A stretch of 64,000 nucleotides of DNA from an uncultured delta proteobacterium (GCA_963776345.1 CAVZMH010000016.1:224001-288000), one strand, 5' to 3'. Positions 28,914 to 38,934 are shown, numbered from the stretch's first letter. The notes: a model not told the origin generated them from the letters alone. Numbers and translations: made by a program.

Positions 28914-29405
28914 ATGGAGGAGCCGCGAGCGGCACCCGGCGTGGGTGCGCACGAGAGCAGCGAGTTCGCCCGCGAGTGGAGCGAGATCCTCAACGAGATC
29001 CGAGTCGCCCTGCCGGGGGTCCAGTTGCTCTTCGGCTTCCTGCTGGCCGCGCCATTCACCGACGCCTTCCGCGAGATGAGCGACGTCATCCGGTACGGCT
29101 ACTTCACCTGCTTCCTGACGACGACTGCCTCCTGCGCCTTCCTCATCGCGCCGTCGGTGTACCACCGCCTTCACTGGCGGCGTGACGTCCGGGACAAGGA
29201 GCAGATGCTACGCACGTGCAACCGGCTGGCCATCGTGGGCGTGGTGCTGCTGGCGGGCGCCATGATCAGCGCGGTCTACGTGATCAGCCTGGCGATCGCC
29301 GGGCACACCCCGGCCGTGCTGGTCAGCGTCGCCTCCGGCCTGCTGTTCACGGCGCTGTGGTTCGTGCTGCCGGTGCTGCGGCGCGGCGCCGAGCGCCAGC
29401 GCTAG
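28914..29405 (+). CDS. DUF6328-family membrane protein
   Basis: EILNEIRVALPGVQLLFGFLL..PF...F, LIAPSVYHR, LWFVLP. Confidence 0.8.
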   Translation: MEEPRAAPGVGAHESSEFAREWSEILNEIRVALPGVQLLFGFLLAAPFTDAFREMSDVIRYGYFTCFLTTTASCAFLIAPSVYHRLHWRRDVRDKEQMLRTCNRLAIVGVVLLAGAMISAVYVISLAIAGHTPAVLVSVASGLLFTALWFVLPVLRRGAERQR

Positions 29406-29426
29406 CGCCGCACCCACGACCCTGCG

Positions 29427-31043
29427 TCAGCGAGGCGACTCCTTCGCCCGTGCGGCGAGGATGGCATCGGCGGCACGGACCCCCCAGGCCTGCGCCTCCT
29501 CGAACAGCGCCATCCCTGACAGGTCGGTGTGAGCGAAGTGCAGCCGTCCGAGCGGCGCCCGGGCGGCCTCGAGCGTCCCGCTCCGGAGGAGGCCCGGCAC
29601 TGGCCGGACCATGGCGTGCCCCCAGCGCCAGACGTCGAGCCGCTCGACCAGCGACTCGAGGTCCGGGTGCGCACGGCGCAGATCCGCCAGCACCACCTCC
29701 GCCCAGTGCCTCCAGTCGGCGGAGAGGAGGAGCTCGCGCGCCGCTCTCGGCTCGGCGTCGGTCAGCGGCAGGTACCAGGTCCAGACCGTGCGGCCGTGAT
29801 CGCGCCCGCTCTGGTGCGTGGCCACCACGTAGCCCAGGCTTCGCGAGTCGTGGAGGACGTTGTCCCAGGCCAGGGGGAAGCCCCGCTCCGCCGGCCGGGC
29901 GCGCAACGTGAGATTGGCCACCACCCACGGGCTGTAGCCGAAGGCGGCCAGGTGCGGAGGAGGACGCTCGCGGTACGGCGCCACCAGCCGGCCGGCCAGG
30001 AGCTGCGGCAGCGCGAAGACGGCGTGGCCGGCGTCGATGACGAAGGCCTCCTCTCGCGCCGTGTCCCATGCGTGCACCTCGACCCCGCTCGGCCCGGGCA
30101 CGACGTCGGTGACCATGACCCCGGTGCGGACCCGCTGGCCCGCGCTCTTCTCGAGGTGGGCGACCAGGGCCCCGTTCCCCGCCGGCCAGGTGACCAGCTC
30201 GGCAGCGTGCGCTCCGGGCCTCTCCACGCGCGAGGCGAAGTAGAAGGCCCCGGCCCACGCGGAGATGGTCTCCAGCCGGCAGCCGTAGTCGTCGCGGCAG
30301 GCGTACTCCACGTACCAGCGGAGCCGGGGGCTGGTGAGCCCGCGCCGGTCGAGGAGCTCGGCCATGGACATCCGGTCGAGCGCATCGACCTCGGGCAGCC
30401 GGCCGCAGGCCGCGGTGGGGAGGACGAAGGCGCGGCGTCCCTCGGCGTCGCGCATGCCGACGAACCGGTCCATCTCCGCCTCGAAGGCCCGGAGCTGGCG
30501 CAGGTCCTCGGGGCTGGCGGCGTACCGCGGGTACAGGCCCTCGGACCAGGCGCCGCCGAAGAAGAGCCTCTCTTGTGGAGCCCGGCAGAGGAACTGCTCG
30601 CCCACCACCGGGCGCCCCTCGGCGTCCAGGCCCTCGACGATCTGCATCTCCCGGAGCAGCGCGGCGAGGTCGCTGCCCGCGTCGAGCGGCGCCGCCACGT
30701 AGTGCGCACCCCAGGGGAACGCGCTGACCGCATTCTCGCCGCTCCGGCTCGTTCCCCCCGCCCGGTCCTCGAGCTCCAGCACGGTGAAGTCGCGGAATCC
30801 CTTCCGTTCCAGCCGCCACGCCGCCGACAGCCCCGCCACCCCGGCGCCGAGGATGGCCACCCCCACCTTCTCGCGGCGGGACGGCGGCGGCCGGAACCCG
30901 TCCCGGAGCCGGTGCCCACCTCCGGCGCTCTGACCGAGCAGCTCGCCCTCGAAGCGGATGGCGGGGGCACGCCGGCACGCGGCCGCCGCGACGCCGGCGC
31001 CGAGACAGGCGCTGAAGAGCTCGCGGCGGGAGATCCGGTTCAT
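29427..31043 (-). CDS. Tat-exported FAD-dependent amine-oxidase-like oxidoreductase
   Basis: SRRELF twin-arginine signal, GAGVAG, WGAHY, CRDDYG, WGHAM, FAHTDLSG..LFEEA. Confidence 0.85.
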   Translation of the reverse strand: MNRISRRELFSACLGAGVAAAACRRAPAIRFEGELLGQSAGGGHRLRDGFRPPPSRREKVGVAILGAGVAGLSAAWRLERKGFRDFTVLELEDRAGGTSRSGENAVSAFPWGAHYVAAPLDAGSDLAALLREMQIVEGLDAEGRPVVGEQFLCRAPQERLFFGGAWSEGLYPRYAASPEDLRQLRAFEAEMDRFVGMRDAEGRRAFVLPTAACGRLPEVDALDRMSMAELLDRRGLTSPRLRWYVEYACRDDYGCRLETISAWAGAFYFASRVERPGAHAAELVTWPAGNGALVAHLEKSAGQRVRTGVMVTDVVPGPSGVEVHAWDTAREEAFVIDAGHAVFALPQLLAGRLVAPYRERPPPHLAAFGYSPWVVANLTLRARPAERGFPLAWDNVLHDSRSLGYVVATHQSGRDHGRTVWTWYLPLTDAEPRAARELLLSADWRHWAEVVLADLRRAHPDLESLVERLDVWRWGHAMVRPVPGLLRSGTLEAARAPLGRLHFAHTDLSGMALFEEAQAWGVRAADAILAARAKESPR

Positions 31044-31053
31044 CGCTCCCCGG

Positions 31054-32598
31054 TCAGTTCCAGCGCTTCCACTCCCGCTCGTACTCCTGGACGAGAATCT
31101 GGTTGTCCAGCCGGTTCACCTCGGCCGGCACCCGGGCCATGTCCGCGGGGAAGACGAACATCGCCGCCATCGACGCGTCGTCGAGGAAATGGGCCTCCAC
31201 CGGGGGCAGCTTCGCGGGGACCTCGAAGGGCGCGTCGCGGGCGAGGAGGAAGCCCCACTCGCCGAAGCTGGGGACCGCGGCGTGGTACCCGCGCACCGCG
31301 AAGCCGGCCGCCTCCAGGGTCTGCGCCACACACCAGTACGAGCTCCGCGCCATCAGCGGGCTCGTGCCCTGCACCGCCACCGGAGCGCCGGGGCGGAGCG
31401 CGCGCCGGAGCAGCCGGTAGAAGTGCGTGGTGTAGAGCTTCCCCAGCGCGAAGTTGTTCGGGTCGGGGAAGTCGACGATGGCGGCGTCGAAGCGCCCGTG
31501 GTCGCGCGCGAGCCAGAGGTAGGCGTCCTCGTTGGTGACTCGGACCCGCGGGGAGAAGAGGCTGTCCCGGTTCAGCTCCCGCAGCAGGGGGAAGCTCCGG
31601 GCGAGCCCGGTCATCGCCGGGTCGAGGTCCACCAGCTGGATCTCCTCCACGCCCGGGTACTTGAGCAGCTCGCGGACCGCGAGGCCGTCGCCGCCGCCGA
31701 GCACCAGCACTCGCCGGGCCCCGGGCGCGAGGCTCATCGCCGGGTGGACCAGCGCCTCGTGGTAGCGCGCCTCGTCGGCGCTCGCGAACTGGAGGTTTCC
31801 GTTGAGGAAGAGCTGGAAGCCGGCGCGGCCGCGGGTGACGACGATGCGCTGGTACGGCGAGCTCCGGGCGAAGATCACCTCGTCGGCGTACATGCCCTCC
31901 TCGGCCAGCGCGGTCAGCCGGTCCGCTCCCGCCACCCCCGCCACCAGGAGCGCGAGGACGGCCAGCGCCTTGATCTGGAGATCCCTCCTGCGGGGGATGA
32001 CCGAGCGGAGGAGGTGGGTGCTCCACAGCCCGACCGCCGCGTTCAGCACGCCGAAGACCAGGCCGGTGCGCACCAGCCCCAGCCGGGGCACGAGCAGGAG
32101 CGGAAAGAGGAGCGAGGCGAGCAGCGCGCCCAGGTAGTCGACGGTGAGCACGCGGGCGATGAGGTCCTTGAAGGGGAGCTGGTCCCGGAGCACGCGGAGC
32201 AGCAGCGGGATCTCCAGGCCGACCAGCGTCCCCACCGCGGCCACGAACCCGTAGAGCACGCCCCGGAAGAAGGACAGGTGGGCGAAGGCCAGGAACAGCG
32301 CCGGCGCGGCCAGCCCGCCCACCAGCGCCACCCCCAGCTCCACCTCCACGAATCGCCGGGCGACCTGGGTCTCCAGCTTCCCGGACAGCCAGCTCCCCAG
32401 GCCCATGGCGGAGAGGTAGAGCCCGATGACGGTCGAGAACTGCACCACCGAGTCGCCGAGCAGATAGCTGGCCAGCGTCCCGGCGAGCAGCTCGTAGACC
32501 AGGCCGCACACCGCGATGATCAGCGCGGTGACGAGCAGCAGCTTCGCATCGAGCGCCTCGGGCCTCCTCCGCCCGGGCGCCGCGGCGTCGGCGTCCAT
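31054..32598 (-). CDS. speE: Membrane-anchored polyamine aminopropyltransferase (spermidine synthase family)
   Basis: About seven N-terminal TM helices, SPYQRI, LFLNGNLQF, DEARYHEALVHP, VLGGGDG, IVDFPDP, VPSFGEWGF. Confidence 0.9.
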   Translation of the reverse strand: MDADAAAPGRRRPEALDAKLLLVTALIIAVCGLVYELLAGTLASYLLGDSVVQFSTVIGLYLSAMGLGSWLSGKLETQVARRFVEVELGVALVGGLAAPALFLAFAHLSFFRGVLYGFVAAVGTLVGLEIPLLLRVLRDQLPFKDLIARVLTVDYLGALLASLLFPLLLVPRLGLVRTGLVFGVLNAAVGLWSTHLLRSVIPRRRDLQIKALAVLALLVAGVAGADRLTALAEEGMYADEVIFARSSPYQRIVVTRGRAGFQLFLNGNLQFASADEARYHEALVHPAMSLAPGARRVLVLGGGDGLAVRELLKYPGVEEIQLVDLDPAMTGLARSFPLLRELNRDSLFSPRVRVTNEDAYLWLARDHGRFDAAIVDFPDPNNFALGKLYTTHFYRLLRRALRPGAPVAVQGTSPLMARSSYWCVAQTLEAAGFAVRGYHAAVPSFGEWGFLLARDAPFEVPAKLPPVEAHFLDDASMAAMFVFPADMARVPAEVNRLDNQILVQEYEREWKRWN

Positions 32599-32599
32599 G

Positions 32600-32815
32600 T
32601 CAGCCGTGGATGGCGGCGCTGATGATCAGCGACAGCCCGATGATCATCGAGCCGATGACCACGCCCAGCGCGGTGTTCTGGTCCTCCTCCAGCTCCTTCC
32701 GCAGCGAGAAGGGCGACACCCTGGCGATCACGAAGAACGCCACGGCGAAGACGACGATCCCCACCACCGAGAAGACGACCACCTCGATCAGCGCCCTCAC
32801 CGTGTGTTCCGGCAT
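32600..32815 (-). CDS. DUF350-family small membrane protein
   Basis: Two TM helices around P.SLRKELEEDQNTALGV, ending IISAAIHG; GGAGG RBS. Confidence 0.85.
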   Translation of the reverse strand: MPEHTVRALIEVVVFSVVGIVVFAVAFFVIARVSPFSLRKELEEDQNTALGVVIGSMIIGLSLIISAAIHG

Positions 32816-32837
32816 GATGTCCTCCAGACCGTCGTCG

Positions 32838-33020
32838 CTACTTTCCACCCGAGAAGCCGCTGTGCCAGAAGTGGTACGACCGGTAGCCCCCGGGAGAAGA
32901 GCGCACGCTCGGGTCGATGCGCTGGTGCGGGGGCGTGACCATCCGCCAGCCGCTGACGCTGCCCCAGACGAAGGCCCCCAGCGTCGCGAGCACCCACAAC
33001 CGGTAGAGCCAGGTCATCAT
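32838..33020 (-). CDS. Small membrane-anchored protein of the DUF4178/DUF350 operon
   Basis: TGATG coupling to the upstream gene; MMTWLYRLW...SVRSSPGGYRSYHFWHSGFSGGK*. Confidence 0.7.
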   Translation of the reverse strand: MMTWLYRLWVLATLGAFVWGSVSGWRMVTPPHQRIDPSVRSSPGGYRSYHFWHSGFSGGK

Positions 33021-34957
33021 CAGTCGTCGCCGCCGGAGCCGAGATTGGAGTTCTCCCAGCGCGCACGCTCGAAGGCCGCCGCACGCAGGGGGTAGGCGAG
33101 GGGCCAGGAGAGGAGCGCCAGGCAGCCGAGGAACTGCCAGATGCTGAAGTTCTCGCCGCGCAGCCGCAGACGGATGCTCGGCGGCGGCCGACCCTGCTCC
33201 CACTGGAGGTCGGCCCGGAGGATCGCCGCCCCCGGGCCGGGCCCGCCGATGGCCACCGAGCCAGCACGGTGGTCCTCGGTCCAGCGCTCGCCGTCCTCGA
33301 CGCCGGCGTAGTAGCTGGACTCCACGGCGAAGGGCGCGGCCTCGCCGCTGTCGGTGTTGATCACCGCCCCCTCGGCGTACGCCCAGGTCCCGACCGCGTC
33401 GCTCGACAGGTCCACCCGGAGCGCGCCCTTCCCGCCCAGGGTGAACTCCGGCGAGAGGTAGCCGTGCATCCGCTCACCGCCCGGGCTGGGCTCGGCGTCT
33501 CCGCCCAGGAGATCCTCCGGGGTGAAGGACCGATCGACCAGGACGCGCCCCGGCCGGGCGGCAAAGGCGCCGAGGAGCACCAGCAGGCCGAGGATGCCGC
33601 CCGCCATCCAGCGGCGCAGCGTCCGCCACGTCGCCTGGTGGGGCCAGGGCTGGAGCTCCCCCACTCCCTGCGGCCGCTCCTGCACCAGCCCGGGCCGGCC
33701 GAAGGCGTTGGCCACCTCGGCCCGCTCGAGGTGCTCGAGGTGCGTCCAGTTCACCTCGCCGTCGCCGAGCTCGCGGGCGAGGCCCTCGGGCGGGCGGATG
33801 TACTCGTCGACCTGGACCTCGTCGCCGGCCTGGACCGCCCAGTAGAACTCGCCCAGGACCTGGTCCACCCTGCCCTTCACGGACGAGAAATGCCGGAACC
33901 GCTTCCCCTGGTACTCGGCGTCGTCGGCGGCGAGGACCTCGCCCACCGAGATGGCGGTGGCCAGCTGCCAGTGCCCCTCGCTCTCCACCAGCCAGGCGAA
34001 GCCCTGTGCCTTCTCCTCCCAGAGCAGGTACTCGCCCCAGGGGTAGCGCACGCCGTCCACAGTGCAGCTGCGGAGCATCCACCCCACGAGCAGGAACTGC
34101 CGGCCACGCAGGAGCCCGGCCGAGCCGAGCGGGATGCGTGGCTCCTTCCGTCCGCGCTCCAGCGCCCCGATGACCCGGAAGGCGCCCTGGCTGGTGTCGA
34201 GGAGGTGGTTGCAGCTCTCGCACACCACCCGGACGCTCTGGTCCGGGACGCGGACCGAGAGAGGCGCTCCGCAGTTCGGGCAGGTGAGCTTCTCGCCGCG
34301 GGGCGCCTGCCGCGCCGGCGGCTGGTCCGGCCTCTCGCCCAGGTGCAGCGCCTCGAACGGAACCTCACGTCCGGCGTAGAGGACGGCCTCTCCGGTCCCG
34401 TCGCCGAAGTCGAGGGTGGCGAATCCGCCCTTCTCGCTCTCGCAGTCGGCGGTGAGTGGGGATTCACCGGGGGTCACCGGGTCGGGCAGCTCACCCTGCG
34501 CGCCGACGATGCGCGCCTGCTTCACGTCGCTCACCGTGAAGCGGCCGAGCCCCTGGATGAAGAAGCTCTGGCCCGGCTCGACCCCGCGGCGGGGCAGCGG
34601 GCGCGGCGACATCCTCATGGTGACGTAGAAGCGCCCCTGCGCCTCGGCCAGCCAGCCCCAGCGGCCGTCGGCGAAGGCGAGGTACCACTCGTCCCAGACC
34701 CCCTGCTGCCACTCGTACTGGAGGCGGCCGATGACCTCGAACGCGAGCTGGCCGATGACCCCGTGGCTCCCCAGCCCGATGCGCGATCCGGTGGGGATGA
34801 GGTCCGCCACCTTGCCCACCGCCGCGAAGTCCTGGCCCGACCGGACGACGATCGCCTGGCAGTGGCTGCACACGGTCGCCCGGGAGGCGCCGAGCTTGAA
34901 CTCGATGGCGGCTCCGCAGTTGGGGCATCGGCCCTGGCGCGCCGGGGACTCGGTCAT
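33020..34957 (-). CDS. Tandem DUF4178-domain protein with zinc ribbons
   Basis: CPNCGA..CSHC and CPNCGA..CESC ribbons, each followed by W.E(W/Y)(Y/L)...G..WL.E..G; C-terminal TM segments. Confidence 0.85.
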   Translation of the reverse strand: MTESPARQGRCPNCGAAIEFKLGASRATVCSHCQAIVVRSGQDFAAVGKVADLIPTGSRIGLGSHGVIGQLAFEVIGRLQYEWQQGVWDEWYLAFADGRWGWLAEAQGRFYVTMRMSPRPLPRRGVEPGQSFFIQGLGRFTVSDVKQARIVGAQGELPDPVTPGESPLTADCESEKGGFATLDFGDGTGEAVLYAGREVPFEALHLGERPDQPPARQAPRGEKLTCPNCGAPLSVRVPDQSVRVVCESCNHLLDTSQGAFRVIGALERGRKEPRIPLGSAGLLRGRQFLLVGWMLRSCTVDGVRYPWGEYLLWEEKAQGFAWLVESEGHWQLATAISVGEVLAADDAEYQGKRFRHFSSVKGRVDQVLGEFYWAVQAGDEVQVDEYIRPPEGLARELGDGEVNWTHLEHLERAEVANAFGRPGLVQERPQGVGELQPWPHQATWRTLRRWMAGGILGLLVLLGAFAARPGRVLVDRSFTPEDLLGGDAEPSPGGERMHGYLSPEFTLGGKGALRVDLSSDAVGTWAYAEGAVINTDSGEAAPFAVESSYYAGVEDGERWTEDHRAGSVAIGGPGPGAAILRADLQWEQGRPPPSIRLRLRGENFSIWQFLGCLALLSWPLAYPLRAAAFERARWENSNLGSGGDD

Positions 34958-35325
34958 GGGCGGGGCCCGGGGCGGGCGATGCGCCGCACCTCCACCCGCT
35001 CGGCGCCGAGGAGCTCCGCCAGCCGCTCCGCCCACGGCCAGTCCGGCCGCGGCCGGCAGCAGTAGAGGTTGAAGGCCGCGTAGCCGGTCTCCGGGAAGGT
35101 GTGCGCGGTGAGGTGCGACTCGGAGAGGAGCTGCACGGCGGTGACGCCGCCGTGTCCGGGGAAGGCGTGGACACTCGCCGGCGCGACCGGGTGGAGGCGG
35201 AGCTCGTCCATCGCCCGGACGAAGAGGGCGGAGAGCTGTGCCGGGCTCTGGAGCGCGGCGGGCTCGCAGCCGAAGGCGTCCACCACCCACTCGACTCCGT
35301 CGCCAAGGACGAGGGGAACTCCCAT
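34954..35325 (-). CDS. speD: S-adenosylmethionine decarboxylase proenzyme (short SpeH type)
   Basis: GGVTAVQLLSESHLTAHTFPE (ESH self-cleavage site), FNLYCC. Confidence 0.9.
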   Translation of the reverse strand: MGVPLVLGDGVEWVVDAFGCEPAALQSPAQLSALFVRAMDELRLHPVAPASVHAFPGHGGVTAVQLLSESHLTAHTFPETGYAAFNLYCCRPRPDWPWAERLAELLGAERVEVRRIARPGPRP

Positions 35326-35711
35326 CGGCCAGCGCTTATAGCGAAGGGGGCTGCCGTTTCACTCGAGAGCGGGCCGGCGCACGGCGACCGTTCCCTCCGG
35401 TGACGCCTCGACGGAGCGCCTGGCGGTCGCGATGCAGGAGGAATGCAGGAGGAGACGCGCGAGCAGCGAGTGCAGCCGCGGCGCGTCGACCGCGAGCCGC
35501 GGGCACGCGGAGCGCCGACGGAGCAACTCGTCCTGCTGCTCGCAGAGGCAGCGATCGGTCCGAGCCTCGTCGCGCAAGATCTGCGCGTCGTTCACGAGCC
35601 CCAGGTGAATCTGCGCCTCGCATCGAGGGAACTCGCAGGGTTGCGGCGAGATCGTCTCGGCACGAGCGATGCTCGTGGCTGCTGCAGGAGGACTGACCGA
35701 TGCGCGTGCCC

Positions 35712-36107
35712 GTGAGTCATGAACTCGTTGCTCGACATTCGGTGTCCCGGGTCCTGTTCCATGCATTCGCGGCCGGGGCGCTGAGCGCCGTGCTCCTGCT
35801 CATCCTGGATTCGGTCTTTCGGCTGCCGGTGGCCAGCGCGCTCTACCTCGCGGGGGCACCCGCGGTCTCCGCACTGGTGGCGGCCCACTACTTCTGGCGG
35901 GGTGAGGCCGAGGAGCCGTTGATTGCGGCGATCTCCTTCACCGGAGTCGCGGCCGTCCTCGACCTGGTGCTGGCTGCCCTCGCGCGCGGCCGGATCGACC
36001 TGCTCGACCCGGCGTTCAGCTTCGGGCTTCCGCTCATGCTCGTCTTCGGTACGACCGGCTTGACGGGTGAGCTCGTTCCCACGATCCGCCGGAGCAGGTC
36101 GGCCTGA
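35712..36107 (+). CDS. Hypothetical membrane protein
   Basis: Four hydrophobic segments; start codon uncertain. Confidence 0.55.
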   Translation: MSHELVARHSVSRVLFHAFAAGALSAVLLLILDSVFRLPVASALYLAGAPAVSALVAAHYFWRGEAEEPLIAAISFTGVAAVLDLVLAALARGRIDLLDPAFSFGLPLMLVFGTTGLTGELVPTIRRSRSA

Positions 36108-36254
36108 GCAGGGGGCATCGTCGCCGCTGCGGCCGCCGGGCGCGCCTGGTACGCTTCGCGTCGGTAGGCTCCGGGATCCGCAACGGAGCCTCGGGCGGGT
36201 GTCATCAGAGGAGGCCCGGAGCTCGGTGCTTCGGCCCTTCCTGGGAGGGAGCAC

Positions 36255-36731
36255 ATGGAAACGACTCGACTGCTCGGGCTCGTGGGCTTGTCCGCACTGA
36301 TGGCCTGCGCGACGGAGAAGGCGGCACCTGCGCCGCCGCGCACGTTCATGGTGTCGTTGACCCCCGGCGCCGGGACACCCCCATGCGCGTCGGCGGGTAC
36401 CAACGCGTCGGGCACGGCCACGATCGCCGTTGCGCCGGACGATTCGTCGATCAACGTGATGGTGAGCTACACCGGTCTCTCGGGAGAGCCGACGGCCGCG
36501 CACCTCCACTCCGGTGCCGCATCCGCTCCGGGCCCGATGGTGCTGCCCTTCTCCGGCTCGCTGGCCTCGCCGTTCAGCAAGACGTTCACCGCCGCTGATT
36601 ACGTCGCGGCTCCGGGCGCCCCACCCGACTTCCGCAGCTTCGTGACTGCCTTGAAAGGCGGCGGTGCGGCCTACGTCAACGTCCACACCGCGGCCTGCAA
36701 GCCAGGAGAGATCCGGGGCGAGATTCAGTAG
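36255..36731 (+). CDS. CHRD-domain lipoprotein
   Basis: Lipobox LMAC, ASGTA, TAAHLHSG..GP, YVNVHT...PGEIRGEI. Confidence 0.88.
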   Translation: METTRLLGLVGLSALMACATEKAAPAPPRTFMVSLTPGAGTPPCASAGTNASGTATIAVAPDDSSINVMVSYTGLSGEPTAAHLHSGAASAPGPMVLPFSGSLASPFSKTFTAADYVAAPGAPPDFRSFVTALKGGGAAYVNVHTAACKPGEIRGEIQ

Positions 36732-36809
36732 CCGGCTCCGAGGTCGCGCTCCGGCACGACGGACGATCTCGACGGCCATCGGCGGCCCATGCGCCTGATG
36801 GGCTCGCAG

Positions 36810-36852
36810 AATGGGGAACGTCCGCCCGAAAAATGGGGAGCGCTCCCGATGT
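36810..36852 (+). promoter_or_regulatory. Tandem AATGGGGA repeats with a palindrome; candidate LuxR-type operator
   Basis: AATGGGGAACGTCCGCCCGA and AATGGGGAGCGCTCCCGA 22 bp apart; GGGAGCGCTCCC palindrome at 36836-36847. Confidence 0.5.
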
Positions 36853-36974
36853 GGGGGGCTCCGCGAGGCACCTACGGTCGCGGTCGCCCAGGCACCTGCC
36901 TGGGGCCCGAGGCGCAGACCGCGGCAGACATTCCGCGGTGGGTTCGCGCCGTACCACACCGTGGGAGGAGCACC

Positions 36975-37553
36975 ATGAAGTTCATCTCAGCCTGTTTCAC
37001 ACTGTCCGGAACGCTGACGCTCATCGCAGCGTGCGGCGGTGCACCGGGCTCGCCCGTCACCGACGCGCCCGCAGCCCTCACCGCGAGCTCGCGCAGCGCG
37101 CACCCGAACGAGGACGAAGCCGAGGATGATGGGCACCGGCGATGCCCGAAGGCGGCCGAGTTCGACGGAGTGAGCGAGCGAATCGAGCACCAGCTCAACA
37201 TCGCCCGGCACGCCGTCTGCAAGTACCGCCGGCTCGAGGCTGCGCTCGCCGCCGGCTACGTGGACTCCGGCCTCCCCTGCATCCCCGGCCAGGGTTACCA
37301 CTACATCAAGAGCGCCCTGGTCGGGACGACCGACATCCGCGAGCCCTCGGTGCTCATGTACACCGCGGATGGCGAGCTCAACGGCCCGGAGTGGATCGCG
37401 CCGGAGAGCGCCTTTCCGACGCCGCCCTCGATCTTCGGCCAGAGCCTGCACAGCGAGGACGAGCTCGGGCTGTGGATCCTCCACGTCTGGGTCTGGAAGC
37501 TGAACGCGAACGGGGTGTTCGACGACGTCAATCCCCAGGTCACCTGCCCCTAG
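36975..37553 (+). CDS. Hypothetical lipoprotein with conserved-looking His motifs
   Basis: GGAGGAG RBS, lipobox IAAC, GYHY, PSVLMY, LHVWVWK.N.NGVF...NP.VTC. Confidence 0.75.
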   Translation: MKFISACFTLSGTLTLIAACGGAPGSPVTDAPAALTASSRSAHPNEDEAEDDGHRRCPKAAEFDGVSERIEHQLNIARHAVCKYRRLEAALAAGYVDSGLPCIPGQGYHYIKSALVGTTDIREPSVLMYTADGELNGPEWIAPESAFPTPPSIFGQSLHSEDELGLWILHVWVWKLNANGVFDDVNPQVTCP

Positions 37554-38640
37554 GCACGCGGCGGGCCGCCGGCGCCTTCCCGGCCACCGGAGCCGCCGCC
37601 CCGCCGAGCCGCGCGGCGTGGGCGACGGCCTCCAGGCGGCTTCGCGCGCCGAGCTTGGCGAGGAGCGACGAGACGTGGTGGTCGACGGTCTTGGCCGAGA
37701 TGAACAGCCTCCGGGCGATCTCCACGTTGCGCAGGCCGACGCCGACCAGCTCCAGCACCTCGCGCTCGCGCGTGGTGAGCAGCGCCGGGTGGGCTCGCGT
37801 GGTCCGGCGCTGTCCCCTGGGGACCCTCTTCACTCCCAGCTCGCGCAGGTGCTGGATCGCGAGCGCGGCAGCAGGTCGCGCGCCGAGTCGATCCAGCTCG
37901 GCCCAGGCCTGCCGCAGAGGCATCTCCTCCCTCGCATCGAGGAGCGCGATGGCCGCCTCGTACGGCTGGCCGATCGCCCGCCACGCCTCGCTGGCGCCCT
38001 GCCAGTCTCCCGACATCTGCAGCGCGTAGGGCCGGGGCGCCGGCGCCCGCGGGCGTCCCCCACCGGCCCTCCAGATCCAGAACGCGAGCTCGCCCGCGAG
38101 CCACCGGTGTCGACACCGCGCAGCCTCCGCGTGGGCCTCCTCGGCCTCCTCCCGCGCCAGCCGCTCGTTCCCCGAGAGCCACGCGGCCTCGGCCCGGGCC
38201 GCGCGGAGCGGGCCGATGCGCAGCACCTCTCTCATGGGCAACGCCTCGCCTAGCGCCTCGTCGAGCGCCTGCGCGACCCCGGGGTCGCCCCGGCGCGCCC
38301 GCACCCGTCCGAGGACGGCGAGCGGGATCACCCGGCTGATGGGCAGCAGCTCGGGCCGGCGCAGCAGGCTCTCGGCGAGCTCCGCGGCCTCGGTGAACCG
38401 CCCCTGGTCGCAGCGCAGCGTCGCTTTCCACCCGAGGACGAGAACCCTCCAGACGTCGAGATCGTGCCCCTCGGCGAACTCCAGCGCCTCGGCCAGGCCT
38501 TGCTCGACGGTCGCGTGCTCGTGATCACGGACGCCGCTGATGGCGCGGTTGGTCAGGACGCGAGCCACGGCCTCGTCGAGGTGGGCTCTGCGGCCGAGCT
38601 CCAGAGCCTCGGCGAGATGGCGTGCTCGCCAGCCACGCGT
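37540..38640 (-). pseudogene. N-terminally truncated large LuxR-family regulator (helical repeats plus LuxR HTH)
   Basis: LTTREREVL...RNVEIARRLFISAKTVDHHVSSLLAKL and PYEAAIAL. No in-frame start is evident before the homologous region, and no ATPase domain is present. Confidence 0.6.
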
Positions 38641-38661
38641 TCGGCGATGCCTGGAGGTTCG

Positions 38662-38934
38662 ATGCCTCGTTATCTGGTCCAGCGAAGCTTCCCCGACGGT
38701 CTGCAGATCCCGATGGACGAGAGCGGCGAGAAGGCCTGCCTCGCCGTCGTGGAGACCAACGCCGGCGACGGAGTCACCTGGCTGCACTCGTACGTCGCCG
38801 TCGACCGGCGCTCGACGTTCTGCATCTACGACGCGGCCTCGCCCGAGGCGATCCGCCGCACGGCCGCACGCAACAGGCTCCCGCTGGACTCCATCACCGA
38901 GGTCCGGGTGCTGGACCCGTACTTCCATCGCTAG
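38662..38934 (+). CDS. DUF4242 (SCO4226-like nickel-binding) protein
   Basis: MPRYLVQR.F, GVTWLHSYV..D...TFCIYDA.SPEAIR...RN.LP.D.ITEV; GGAGG RBS. Confidence 0.85.
   Translation: MPRYLVQRSFPDGLQIPMDESGEKACLAVVETNAGDGVTWLHSYVAVDRRSTFCIYDAASPEAIRRTAARNRLPLDSITEVRVLDPYFHR

Noticed and set aside
35359..35700. Possible Cys-containing minus-strand ORF upstream of speD
   Set aside because: No convincing start or RBS and no recognisable family.
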